This document shows, piece by piece, positions 12,359 through 23,225 of a stretch of 64,000 nucleotides of DNA. A program made the position numbers and the translations under genes. Below the pieces are notes generated by a model. That model did no database searches. It was not told where the DNA came from and saw nothing but the letters and a program-made list of their open reading frames with translations. How positions within the stretch are numbered: the first letter of the stretch is position 1; the number at the start of each line of letters is the position of its first letter. The stretch spans positions 6,825,682-6,889,681 of the forward strand of contig NC_068986.1 of the NCBI RefSeq assembly GCF_001194135.2. Direction: 5' to 3'. This DNA is from Octopus bimaculoides (taxonomy: Eukaryota).

Positions 12359-12794
12359 CACACACACACACGTNNNNNNNNNNNNNNNNNNNNNNNNNNN
12401 NNNNNNNNNNNNNNNNNNNNNNNNNNNNNNNNNNNNNNNNNNNNNNNATTCACTTCAACATTTAAATTTAATTTGTCAAAATATTTTTGTCACTTTCAAA
12501 CTGCAACCAGTTCACTCACAGTAACAGTTAGTTCATGAACTAACTGTTACTTTCTCAGATGCAGCACGGAATTTTGTCAGTGAACAGGTTCCAATTTTCA
12601 AAGCAACAAAAATATTTTGGTAAATTAAATTTAAATGTTGAAGTGAATCTAATGGTTTTTGTGTGTTTTTAAATGACTTACAAACACCTTTCACGTTGCA
12701 ATTGTTTTTGTCTTAGAACACAATCTCAGATCAGGTCACTTGCTATGCAAGTACATCTCCATAATATATATATGTGTGTGTGTATATATATATA

Positions 12795-13544
12795 TGCATA
12801 ATATCAGAGATCTTGGAGTAATTGTTGATAATAATCTATGCTGGGGTTCCCACATAAACAGCAAGGTTGATTTGGCCTGTAAGATGGGCTCCTGGATTCT
12901 GAGAACTATCCGGTCTAGAGATGCCTACACCATTATCTTTCTCTACCCTACTTTTGCCCGACCCCACCTTGAGTACTGTTGCCCACTGTAGTCCCCCCCC
13001 CCATACAAAGCAACTCATTATGAAAGTAAAAGCCCTCTAGAGGCTCACAATAAGAAATATAGATGGTATGAGAAGCATTGATTATTGGAGTCGACTAAAA
13101 AAAATCAATCTCTACTCTCTCCAACGCCACCGGGAACACATCATTTGTGTTACGTGGAAAATATTCCATCAATGTTGCATAAATGATGTTGGCCTCAATT
13201 TTAAAATCCATCGAATTGTCCCCCGTGCTATCCGCCCACTGCAAAATTCGAATTCAGGACACATAGCAACATTATGTCACAATTACTTTACCTAAACCGA
13301 TCCAGCTCTCTTTAATACCACACCAAAATATGTCAAAATGGAAACAGATCCGATAAAATTCAAATGTTTACTGGACAAATTTCTTCAAAAAATCCCGGAC
13401 CAGCCTCCTACATGCGGATATGTCTCCAACAATAATAACTCTTTTCTAGAGTAGGTCATGGCACCCCGTTTATGACCAAAAGACTTCACCAGGTGGTGCT
13501 ATTCAGTTAGACATAGCCTGGGCCTATACAGGCTGAACCCTATC
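12795..13544 (+). mobile_element. CR1-type LINE 3' portion
   Basis: IRDLGVIVDNNLCWGSHI...ARPHLEYCCPL and RLKKINLYSLQRHRE motifs; DKFL..IPDQP C-terminus. Confidence 0.88.
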
Positions 13545-14527
13545 NNNNNNNNNNNNNNNNNNNNNNNNNNNNNNNNNNNNNNNNNNNNNNNNNNNNNNNN
13601 NNNNNNNNNNNNNNNNNNNNNNNNNNNNNNNNNNNNNNNNNNNNNNNNNNNNNNNNNNNNNNNNNNNNNNNNNNNNNNNNNNNNNNNNNNNNNNNNNNNN
13701 NNNNNNNNNNNNNNNNNNNNNNNNNNNNNNNNNNNNNNNNNNNNNNNNNNNNNNNNNNNNNNNNNNNNNNNNNNNNNNNNNNNNNNNNNNNNNNNNNNNN
13801 NNNNNNNNNNNNNNNNNNNNNNNNNNNNNNNNNNNNNNNNNNNNNNNNNNNNNNNNNNNNNNNNNNNNNNNNNNNNNNNNNNNNNNNNNNNNNNNNNNNN
13901 NNNNNNNNNNNNNNNNNNNNNNNNNNNNNNNNNNNNNNNNNNNNNNNNNNNNNNNNNNNNNNNNNNNNNNNNNNNNNNNNNNNNNNNNNNNNNNNNNNNN
14001 NNNNNNNNNNNNNNNNNNNNNNNNNNNNNNNNNNNNNNNNNNNNNNNNNNNNNNNNNNNNNNNNNNNNNNNNNNNNNNNNNNNNNNNNNNNNNNNNNNNN
14101 NNNNNNNNNNNNNNNNNNNNNNNNNNNNNNNNNNNNNNNNNNNNNNNNNNNNNNNNNNNNNNNNNNNNNNNNNNNNNNNNNNNNNNNNNNNNNNNNNNNN
14201 NNNNNNNNNNNNNNNNNNNNNNNNNNNNNNNNNNNNNNNNNNNNNNNNNNNNNNNNNNNNNNNNNNNNNNNNNNNNNNNNNNNNNNNNNNNNNNNNNNNN
14301 NNNNNNNNNNNNNNNNNNNNNNNNNNNNNNNNNNNNNNNNNNNNNNNNNNNNNNNNNNNNNNNNNNNNNNNNNNNNNNNNNNNNNNNNNNNNNNNNNNNN
14401 NNNNNNNNNNNNNNNNNNNNNNNNNNNNNNNNNNNNNNNNNNNNNNNNNNNNNNNNNNNNNNNNNNNNNNNNNNNNNNNNNNNNNNNNNNNNNNNNNNNN
14501 NNNNNNNNNNNNNNNNNNNNNNNNNNN
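13545..14527. other. Assembly gap (about 1 kb of N) next to (TA)n
   Basis: Run of N. Confidence 1.
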
Positions 14528-14560
<33 letters not shown>

Positions 14561-14979
14561 GAGGCATACCTCAGCTTAAGTCATTTCAATTTAAGTTCTC
14601 GATGGAAAAATAAAAATCAAGTCATTTTACTCAACTTTACATCTGTCTGCCACAAATATTGGAATCGTAAAATCGCACGAAAAGCATTAAAAGCACATAA
14701 AATCATGTTACTGTACAATATGTAAGAATAAAAGCATATAAAATCATATTAAAATACATACACCATAAAGTAGTGTAGCTTAGTGAACAAAATCAAGAAA
14801 TCAGCTGTGTTGTCTTATTGGTCTTTTGGAGCTCATATTGCACTGTAGTTCCAATATCTGCCGTTAGGCGTCATTGTCACTCGTGATTCTGCGACTGTTT
14901 TGAATTCAGATTTATTTATGTCTCTGTTTATCAGCTACTTTCACATTCTCATTCATTTGAGACTTTATTTTTTGCCTTC

Positions 14980-15215
14980 ATGGCTCCTAAGACAATTCAT
15001 AGAATAAGCGCAACACATCATGCTGGAAGATAAACTGGCTATGATATAACAAGATGTAAAAGGTGAAAAAGTGGTAGTAATTGAATGATCTTTTGTGATG
15101 AGTCGAACAACTGTATTGACGACTGTACATAATAAAGACAAGATCTTAGCACATATCAAATCTGAAGACCCAGGGATGAAGAACACTGTCATCAATAAGA
15201 AAAAATCATTTGTTT
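14980..15215 (+). mobile_element. Tigger/pogo-like transposase N-terminal (CENP-B-type HTH) fragment
   Basis: MAPK start; KLAMI...KGEKVVVI..SFVMSRTTVLTTVHNKDKILAHIKS...MKNTVINKK with stops. Confidence 0.6.
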
Positions 15216-15536
15216 GTAAGCTTGAAATGGGTTTTTACTAACCATATATTATTGAAAATGCATTCATAAATAAAGTACAGAACTGGGAATGGTTATCATC
15301 AGTTTAGCCTAGAGACAAGGGAATGTTTAAGCGTTACATATATTTTAAAGACAAGGATGCTGGACAGAAAGAAAATAAGAAAAAAACATAGCTATTTTGG
15401 TCGTGTATTTAGATNNNNNNNNNNTGGACAGAAAGAAAATAAGAAAAAAACATAGCTATTTTGGTCGTGTATTTAGATTGATATTTATTGGATGGAGTAG
15501 TTTTTTAGTTGATTCTAACTCTATTGGATCTGTAAA

Positions 15537-15589
<53 letters not shown>

Positions 15590-16048
15590 TATATTGTCTA
15601 TATAGTGAACAGCTTTTCTTTTAAAATGTTTCGTTACAAAAATAACCATTTTTCCAGTTTTACCTTTCTCATTGTTGATTTTTCATATTTTTAAATCAGT
15701 TTCTTGTCAGTTTGGAACAATAAAGTTCCTATATCCAGATTTAACATTTTAAGAACATCAGAGTCACATTTTCAAGAATTGAAATGGATTATTTCTTATA
15801 GAGTGGTTAAATTTTTTGTAAACTTTTCCACTAAAGGCTTTTGACTTTCCACATGAGTAATTACACTTCATATTCAAGGAGCAATGCGAATGCTAAATCT
15901 CAATTATGAGAGTATGCAGGTCTGGAAATGATGAAGATGGATTTAGAAACTTTATTATTTCAAACCAACTACAAAAAGCTAATAACTAAACATAACAAAT
16001 TTGTAATTAAACAGATTAAACTGGGACACAATTGTGTCTTTAATGAAA

Positions 16049-16081
<33 letters not shown>

Positions 16082-16519
16082 ATATATTTATATATGCAGC
16101 TCATACAATATAATATTTGAAAGGATTTATTTAAATAACCATTGTGCATATGTTTCCATATTGGACTTATATATTTATATAATAAACATCCCTCATTTCA
16201 TCAGCAATTGAAATTTGAAATGTTTAGAAGGAAGAAAAAAATGCACCATTTCTTATTACACATTAAAGAACATATTCCATATGGTTGACTTCTCAAATAT
16301 TATTATTAATGAGAAGAACAATAGAGTGAGTAGTTCATTTTATTACATAATTTTATGATTTTTTCTTTGATTTGTCATCAAAAGATTATTGTTATATTAT
16401 TATTACATAATGTGTAATGATACATATTAATATTGCAAAAATATCAACTCATCAGATTTATGTGTAAAATCCATGTGCTACTTGTTCTAAATTATCTATT
16501 TATTATTTTCTGAGATATG

Positions 16520-16559
<40 letters not shown>

Positions 16560-17185
16560 GTGACATTCTAAATTACTTCAATTAATATCCTGATTTATTT
16601 ATTGATAAGGTAGAAACAAGTTTTAAAAAAGAAATAACTCAGTTTTAACTCTTTAGAAAAGTGTCTGAGTGTAATGTCCAAGTGAGTGGGAAAGCATGAT
16701 AGATGATTCTACTAATAGTTCACACTTAACTGAATGTTAGTGAAAATGTTTGAGCATTAACTCTAGATAACACACAGCAATATCAAATTACATAGTAGAC
16801 AAGTTAGAAAAAAACATCCCCCATTAATTAATAGAGGTTTTAATCTGCATGTAGAGCATGTTTAAAAGTATTAGAAAGTCACAATATTGTGATCGCATGA
16901 AGAACAAAGAACTGACATTGACTTCACATCCATTCAGATACAGTGTAAAACCCTGGTATGAATTTCATTACACAGTTGTCAAACCAAAACACACAATGCT
17001 ATGTATGCACACACACACACACACACAAATACTTTTACATACATACATAAATACACATATAAACATATGGGTATATATTTATATATATATCCACACATGC
17101 ATATAAATATATATGAGGCTATGTATAAAGAGAGAAAAGGATAAAGAGAACAATGGCAAAGTTAGAAATATATTTTATGGATAAA

Positions 17186-17234
17186 GTCTTACAGCTGTTT
17201 CAGGGAAAATCCAATGTATCCCTTCATCGGAGAC
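17186..17234 (-). ncRNA. Type I minimal hammerhead ribozyme motif (sense to the host gene)
   Basis: Exact reverse complement of 17455-17503: stem I GUCU/AGAC, core CCGAUGA, stem II AGGGA/UCCCU, GAAA, stem III AC-agcu-GU, cleavage triplet GUA. Confidence 0.8.
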
Positions 17235-17244
17235 AGAAATAGTA

Positions 17245-17416
17245 TCATCATCATCATTATCATCATCGTTTAACGTCCGCTTTCCATGCTAGCATGGGTT
17301 GGATGATTTGACTGAGGACTGGTGAAACCGGATGGCAACACCAGGCTCCAATCTAAATTTGGCAGAGTTTCTACAGCTGGATGCCCTTCTTAACGCCAAC
17401 CACTCAGAGAGTGTAG
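17245..17416 (-). mobile_element. Family A SINE-like repeat, 3' fragment
   Basis: (CAT)n tail plus near-consensus core, 5' truncated. Confidence 0.88.
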
Positions 17417-17454
17417 AGAGTATAGATGTAATAATTCATTCCTCTACTATTTCT

Positions 17455-17503
17455 GTCTCCGATGAAGGGATACATTGGATTTTCCCTGAAACAGCTGTAA
17501 GAC
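17455..17503 (+). ncRNA. Type I minimal hammerhead ribozyme motif (antisense to the host gene)
   Basis: GUCU-CCGAUGA-AGGGA-UACAUUGGAUUU-UCCCU-GAAAC-AGCU-GUA-AGAC; palindromic stem III (ACAGCUGU) as in dimeric PLE hammerheads. Confidence 0.8.
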
Positions 17504-17946
17504 TTTATCCATAAAATATATTTCTAACTTTGCCATTGTTCTCTTTATCCTTTTCTCTCTTTATACATACACACGCTAATACACAACCTATGTTATAATC
17601 CCCACTCTTGTTTATACAACGACAGGGGCAAAACTAGTCGGTATACAGCACTTACTCGGTATTACCTATATCTTTGGGTTTGGTTGAATCCAATACCCTT
17701 CTTAACCTTATATATGAGGCTATATATGTGTGTGTGTGTATACAGTAGTCAATATTCTGACTGTAGGAAAATGATTTGCATAAAAATATTCAAAATCAGA
17801 TGTAAAAAATTTCAAAATGTGATCAATGATGATTATTGTTCAATAATATATTTGTAATTCTTTATAAACTACATAATTCATTTGAGTGAAGACAATTTTA
17901 GAATACTGTTGGATATAAATTTACTGTCTCTGTTGACTGAAAATAT

Positions 17947-18006
17947 TTATACATCTGGTTCATATGATTGGTTATCCATTCCTCTGTTTGAGTATATATT
18001 GGATGA
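17947..18006 (-). CDS. Exon 16 (terminal coding): SSNIYSNRGMDNQSYEPDV-stop
   Basis: tattctcttatttgatttttcag acceptor, phase 0; DN-x-x-Y-E-x-D motif common in cytoplasmic tails; TAA at 17947-17949. Confidence 0.7.
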   Translation of the reverse strand, partial: SSNIYSNRGMDNQSYEPDV

Positions 18007-18401
18007 CTGAAAAATCAAATAAGAGAATATTGCTCTGAATGATGCTTTTTAAAAATTTTCAATTCTTTGATCACGGGCAATTTTGTCAATCCTGAAGAAA
18101 TGAAATGCTCATTATAAAACAAATTTTGCAATAAAGGATATATACAAGCAGGAGTAATATCTCCTCCTGGAAATTAATACTTTGAAACATCTAACAGAAA
18201 TTATTTCTCCCCCCCCCCACCCCAAACACACACATATACACAGTTGAAATTTACAGAAAAACAAAAGATGAATACAGGTACATAAACAACAAGCAGGTGT
18301 ATTAGTTTGACACTCAGGGAAGCAAGAAAGTCTTTTATGTTTCGAGCTTATGCTCTTCAACAAAAGGAACAAGAGGAGATAAACAGAGAATAAAAAAACA
18401 C

Positions 18402-18432
18402 TTGTATGTATGTATGTATGTTTGTATGTATG

Positions 18433-18479
<47 letters not shown>

Positions 18480-18613
18480 NNNNNNNNNNNNNNNNNNNNN
18501 NNNNNNNNNNNNNNNNNNNNNNNNNNNNNNNNNNNNNNNNNNNNNNNNNNNNNNNNNNNNNNNNNNNNNNNNNNNNNNNTGTGTATGTATGTATATGTAT
18601 ATATATATGTATG

Positions 18614-18654
<41 letters not shown>

Positions 18655-18670
18655 GCATATGTATGTATGT
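18402..18670. repeat. Compound (TATG)n/(TA)n microsatellite with gap; representative of many (TA)n, (CA)n, (GA)n, (GATA)n, (CAT)n and (AAT)n tracts
   Basis: Direct reading; similar tracts at about 4415, 9690, 15540, 16525, 30490, 43510, 50890, 52827, 55640 and 58950. Confidence 0.97.
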
Positions 18671-18679
18671 ATAAAAGAA

Positions 18680-19905
18680 GTTTGCCAATGTTCAGCGACA
18701 TGAGGACAAGAGAGCTGAAGTATTTCGGATTGTAAGACAGTGTGTAAGAAAAGACTGATGTCATAGGAGAGAAATGTGTCAACATGGATGATGGTGCCCT
18801 TGCGTTTGATGATTCTGCAAAGAAGGAAGCTTGGAGAAGCCATTATAAAAGACTGCTGAATGTGGAGAATGAATGGGAGGAGGAGAGTCTGCTAAAGGTT
18901 GACCCAATTGAGGGACCAGCTACCTGAATTGACAATTCCCTTTGTAGATAAAGCAATTAAGGATATAAAGATAGGGAAAATATCTGGTCCATTAGGAATC
19001 ACCACTGAGGTGCTCAAAATATCAGGAAGTGTGGGTTATGGTCTTGTCACCTGCATCCTAAATCATGTAGTACATGAAGGAGTCATATCCAATGACTGCT
19101 GTAGCAGCACCATATTCAACTGCTACAAAGGTAAAAGTGATTTTTTAGATAGAAATAACTACAGGGGTATCAAATTATTAGATTAGGTGATGAAAGTTAC
19201 AGAGAGGGTCATAGTCCAACTAATTAGGGAGATAGTCAGCCTAGACAAAATGCAGTTTGGTTTTGTGCCAGGTAAAAGCACCACTGATGCTATATTTCTG
19301 GTAAAGCAACTGCAGGAGAAATACCTAGCCAAATATAAACCTCTGTACTTGACTTTTGTTGATTTGGAGAAAGCCTTTGACAGGGTCCCCCAATCCCTTA
19401 TCAGGTAGTCAATGAGGAGACTGGGGATAGATAAGTGATTGGTAAGAGCTGTACAAGCTTTGTACAGGGATGCTGTCAGTAAAGTGAGAGTATAGTGTAG
19501 AATTCCGAGTAGAAGTAGGGGTGTCACCAAGGATCAGTCCTCAGCCCCCTCTTATTCATCATAGTCTTCCAGGCAATAACAGAGGAATTCAAGACGGGTT
19601 GCCCCTGGGAGCTCCTCTATGCTGATGACTTTGCTCTCATAGCTGAGTCACTGCCAGAACTAGAAAAGAAGTTTAGGGTATGGAAGCAAGGTCTACAATC
19701 AAAGGACCTTAGGGTTAACTTAGCAAAAACCAAAGTCTTAGTAAGTAGGAAGGCTGACAAATCACAAACCTCTTCAGGTAGATGGTTTTGCTTGATCTGT
19801 AGAAACTCTATACAATGTACTCAGTGTAAGATATGGACATGTAAAAGGTGCAGCAATATCAAAGGAAGGTTAAGCAGGAAGACAGCTTTTGTGTGTGGCA
19901 TGACA
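18680..19905 (+). mobile_element. RTE LINE RT remnant
   Basis: NNYRGIKLL, QFGFVPGKSTTDAIF, FVDLEKAFDRVP, LLYADD motifs; stops. Confidence 0.92.
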
Positions 19906-19914
19906 TATATATTT

Positions 19915-20400
19915 AAATTATAAACTTCTGGTAAGTTTTACAGATTTTTACATTTCCAGTGATGGATTGGATCTGTAGTCTTCGAATTAGCTTTTTCCTT
20001 TCTGGTTTTGAGAAGCCTAATTTCTCAAGATTGATATTTAGGCAGCGTGTTACATCTCCCAGGGTGTCAATAATTACAGGTATAAACTTGAACTTGTAAT
20101 CTGGATTAGAGTAACTCCAGATTTCTCAATAGATCAGCATAAGTATTCTCTTTTTCACTGATCCTCAGCTTTATGTTAACATCCGGTGGGCAGCTAATTT
20201 CCACAACTGTGCACAGTTTCTCTTCTCTATCCCAAATCATTATATCAGGCCTATTGTGCTTAAATCTTATTCAGGTCTTCACTGGTACATTCCACCAGTA
20301 TTCCTTTTTTTATTATGAGTGGCTATGGCTTCTACCATACTGTGAGTTCTTATTTCTTTGTCTTTGGGGATAACCTTCAGACGGATTTCATTATAGAGTG
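19915..20400 (-). mobile_element. RLE-type (R2/R4/NeSL-like) LINE endonuclease remnant
   Basis: Minus-frame KHNRPDIMIWDREEET and, after a frameshift, EISCPLDVNIKLKISEK: PD-(D/E)xK restriction-like endonuclease signature. Confidence 0.65.
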
Positions 20401-20439
20401 TCCTAGCTACAACATCATGTCTCATCAGTAGTTGCAACT

Positions 20440-20928
20440 GATGCTGGTATCAGGTAACTGGCACCCATGGTGGTGGCATGTAAAAAGCACCTTCCAAGCA
20501 TTTAACCTCACAGAGACAAAGTGGCCAATGCCAGTGGTGTGTAAAAAGCACCTTCCAAGCATTTGGCCTCACTGAGACAAAGTGGTTGATGTCAGTGTCA
20601 TGTAAAAAGCACCTTTCAAGTGTTGGGTCTCACGGAGGTAATGATAAATGACCAAGACTTTTGGCATTGTCTTGCTTGAGAAGAAGACCCATCAAGCCAA
20701 GCAAAATTGCAGTTGTGGCAGATACTGGTGTTACACAATGGTACCCATGCTGGTGGCACGTAAAAGCACCCATTACATTCTTGGAGTGGATGTTGTTGGA
20801 AGGGCATCCAGCCATAGAAACTATGCCAAATCAGACTGGAGCTGGTGCAGTCTTCCAGCATGACAGCCCTGGTCAAACCATCCAACCCATGCTTTGACAA
20901 CGGATGTTAAATGATGATGATGATGATA
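20440..20928 (+). mobile_element. Family A SINE-like repeat with about three tandem 61-bp internal units
   Basis: GTAAAAAGCACC unit repeated at about 20480, 20541 and 20602, then core and GAT tail. Confidence 0.75.
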
Positions 20929-21039
20929 TACATAATATATATACGAGTCAACAAGAACTGAGTGCAGTTGGACATTTATTTGAAATCACTACAATTGTTT
21001 CCATGCAATTTAGTTCTCCAGACTCAGGTGTTTGGTTAT

Positions 21040-21780
21040 GTAACTGTTTCCCTGCATTATGAGATCTAGTTGTGTTTCCTAGATCTCGTAATGCAGTAAA
21101 GCAGTTTTCTGAGTATGTTCTATCCTCATGTCAGTCCCTAATTCTCCAACAACTTTCTCAAATCTGGTTGTTAATGTTCCCAGTACCCCTACAACAACTG
21201 GGATAACAATTACTTTCTTCATTGCCCACATTTGTGAAACTTCATTTTTTAGTGGCTTGCACTTCTCAATATTTTCCAGTTCTTTATCATCCACTCATAC
21301 ATCCCCAGGTATAGCAATATTTATGATTTTGAAGGCGGCGCCGAGCTGGCAGAAACATTAGCACATCGGGCGAAACGCTTAGCAGTATTTCATCTGTCTT
21401 CTGAGTTCAAATTCCGCTGAAGTTAACTTTGCCTTTCATCCTTTCGGGGTTGATAAATTAAGTACCAGTTGTGTACTGGGGTCAATCTAATCGACTGGTC
21501 CCCTCCCCCCAAATTTCAGGCCTTGTGCCTAGAGTAGAAAAGAATATTTACGATTTTGGTTTCCTTCCTCATTTTATCAACTACAGCAATGTTTGATCAT
21601 CGAGCAGTAATCACTGATTCACACTAGATTGAAAAATTCCACAAGATCTTATCAATGTTATTTCAATGTCATTTCAAGACTGTGCTTTTCACACAATCTC
21701 CAATGAACATATGGAGCTACGTTATCATGCCTCCTCTTGAGCTAATTTTGCTACGCTCGCTCACAATATATGAAACCGTT
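21040..21780 (-). mobile_element. R4/Dong-like RLE LINE 3' remnant interrupted by a SINE
   Basis: KELENIEKCKPLKNEVSQMWAMKKVIVIPVVVGVLG...TQKTALL (ORF 21079..21294); upstream part continues past the SINE. Confidence 0.8.
21332..21542 (+). mobile_element. Family C SINE (Nin-domain-like) with 16-bp TSD
   Basis: AATATTTA(T/C)GATTTTG at 21316-21331 and 21543-21558; B-box-like GAGTTCAAATT; GCCTTTCATCCTTTCGGGGTTGATAAA core. Confidence 0.88.
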
Positions 21781-21864
21781 TAATTTTTTTTTGCCAGACG
21801 TCCCATAAAATGGTAATTCACTACTCTTTTCTGTTTGGAACTTGGAGTAATTAGTTCTCAGAGT

Positions 21865-22065
21865 TTGTTCTGGCATGGTTTCTACAGCTGGATGCCCTTC
21901 CTAGTGCCAACCACTTTACAGAGTGTGCTGGGTGTTATTTATGTGGTGCTGACACAAGTGCCACTTATGTGATTACGGGGCACCAGTATAAGTGCTCTGT
22001 ACATGGTACTGGTACAAGTGCTTTTTTATGTGGTGTCAGCATGACTGCGTCTTACATGGCATTGA
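21865..22065 (-). mobile_element. Family A SINE-like repeat (diverged)
   Basis: TTTCTACAGCTGGATGCCCTTCCTAGTGCCAACCAC core. Confidence 0.7.
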
Positions 22066-22339
22066 CAGTGATTAATTTCAAACAAGTCAGTGTATAGTTT
22101 TGCAATTGCAAATAATGTGTGTTCCTGAATTTGCTTCAGTCACACTAATGAATATCACAGTTCCACTTGAAGGCAATACGTTCAACCTCATAAGTTGCAA
22201 AAAATAATCTGTATTGATAAAAATATATATTTGAACAATCTCATACTATTTGACCCATGTCAGCCTGGGAAAAACAAATTTTTTACATTTAAGAAATAAA
22301 AGCATAGTAGGGAATGTTATGTAGCTATATGGAACTTAC

Positions 22340-22448
22340 AGATTTTGTACTGCTCATTCCAATGTTACTGTCATCTACTTTTATACTTCTTTCTAATTTG
22401 GCAGATTCAATTAAATTATTTCCATTATATGATGGCTTCTTGTATTTC
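22340..22448 (-). CDS. Exon 15: juxtamembrane cytoplasmic segment (RKYKKPSYNGNNLIESAKLERSIKVDDSNIGMSSTKS)
   Basis: tttttatttttatag acceptor, TCT|gtaagt donor; 109 nt, phase 2 to 0; basic RKYKK stop-transfer directly after the TM. Confidence 0.85.
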
Positions 22449-23014
22449 CTATAAAAATAAAAACATTTGCAAGTTAAATATTTGTAGGAAGAATATTTAA
22501 CAATTACCCTTTATTGAAACAAACTGAAGGAAACACTAATTTGAAGCATTAAAAGCAGAAAACTAAAGTCTTTCATTTAGTTCTGTGATATTTATGTTGA
22601 AACCCCACAATGTCTGACTTAATCTCCCTGAAATAATAAAGTAGCAGATTTTTGGTAGATCAGCACAATTGATTCTGCCCATCCCCTATGAATTGTGGCT
22701 TTGTGTTTATATGAATAATCAATGATGCAAAACTTTCTGAACATTAAAGAACTACTTCTGAGAAAAATATTTAAGCAGCATTTACTAAGCTACATTGTAG
22801 TGGCAAAATGAGTGATATTTAATGCAGAACAATCACCATTAATAAATTGATGATATTATTTCTTCATATTCCTAGTTATTCTAGCAATGACCAAACAGGA
22901 TCACATTATTGAATCTTTCCTTTCTTGTTCAAGATAATGAGGACCAAACAATTCAATTTAATAAATAACAACACTAAACATATTAAATTATTATCAAGAG
23001 AATGCTAAGGCTTT

Positions 23015-23225
23015 GAGCTGGCAGAATCATTAGCATGTTGGGCAAAATGCTTAGCGGTATTTCGTCTGCTGTTATGTTCTGAGTTCAAATTTCACCAAAG
23101 TTAACTTTCCCTTTCATCCTTTTGGTGTTTGTAAAATAAATACAAGTTGTACACTGGGACCAATGTAATCAACTAATCCCTGTCCTAAAAGTTGCCGGCT
23201 TTGTGCCAAAATTTGAAATAATCAA
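23015..23225 (+). mobile_element. Family C SINE (Nin-domain-like), diverged
   Basis: Collinear similarity to 21332-21542. Confidence 0.8.

Larger units (their letters stand above)
17123..17708. mobile_element. Non-autonomous Penelope-like insertion: pseudo-LTR plus inverted partial copy, with a family A SINE fragment in the loop; 15-bp TSD
   Basis: TATATATGAGGCTAT at 17108-17122 and 17709-17723; 125-bp perfect inverted arms 17120-17244 and 17445-17569; hammerhead motif in each arm. Confidence 0.8.

Noticed and set aside
13499-14567. Long ORFs of 339-352 aa (and the 398-aa ORF at 51825-53021)
   Set aside because: Made of N runs and (TA)n; no coding evidence.
15361-15478. Direct duplication of 54 bp
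   Set aside because: Flanks a 10-N gap; assembly artefact.
15900-15921. Possible terminal exon (R)PAYSHN-stop behind a good acceptor
   Set aside because: Needs a phase-2 upstream donor that I could not find; exon 16 already supplies a stop.
17937-17952. GT...AG segment whose removal would fuse EPD to STETVNLYPTVF
   Set aside because: 16 nt is far below the minimum spliceosomal intron size.
18112-18785. Overlapping YIYI/HTHT-rich ORFs
   Set aside because: Translations of microsatellites and gaps.
20480-20640. Regularly spaced GTAAAAAGCACC repeats resembling a CRISPR array
   Set aside because: The spacers are similar to each other (tandem 61-bp units) inside a eukaryotic retro-repeat; no cas genes.
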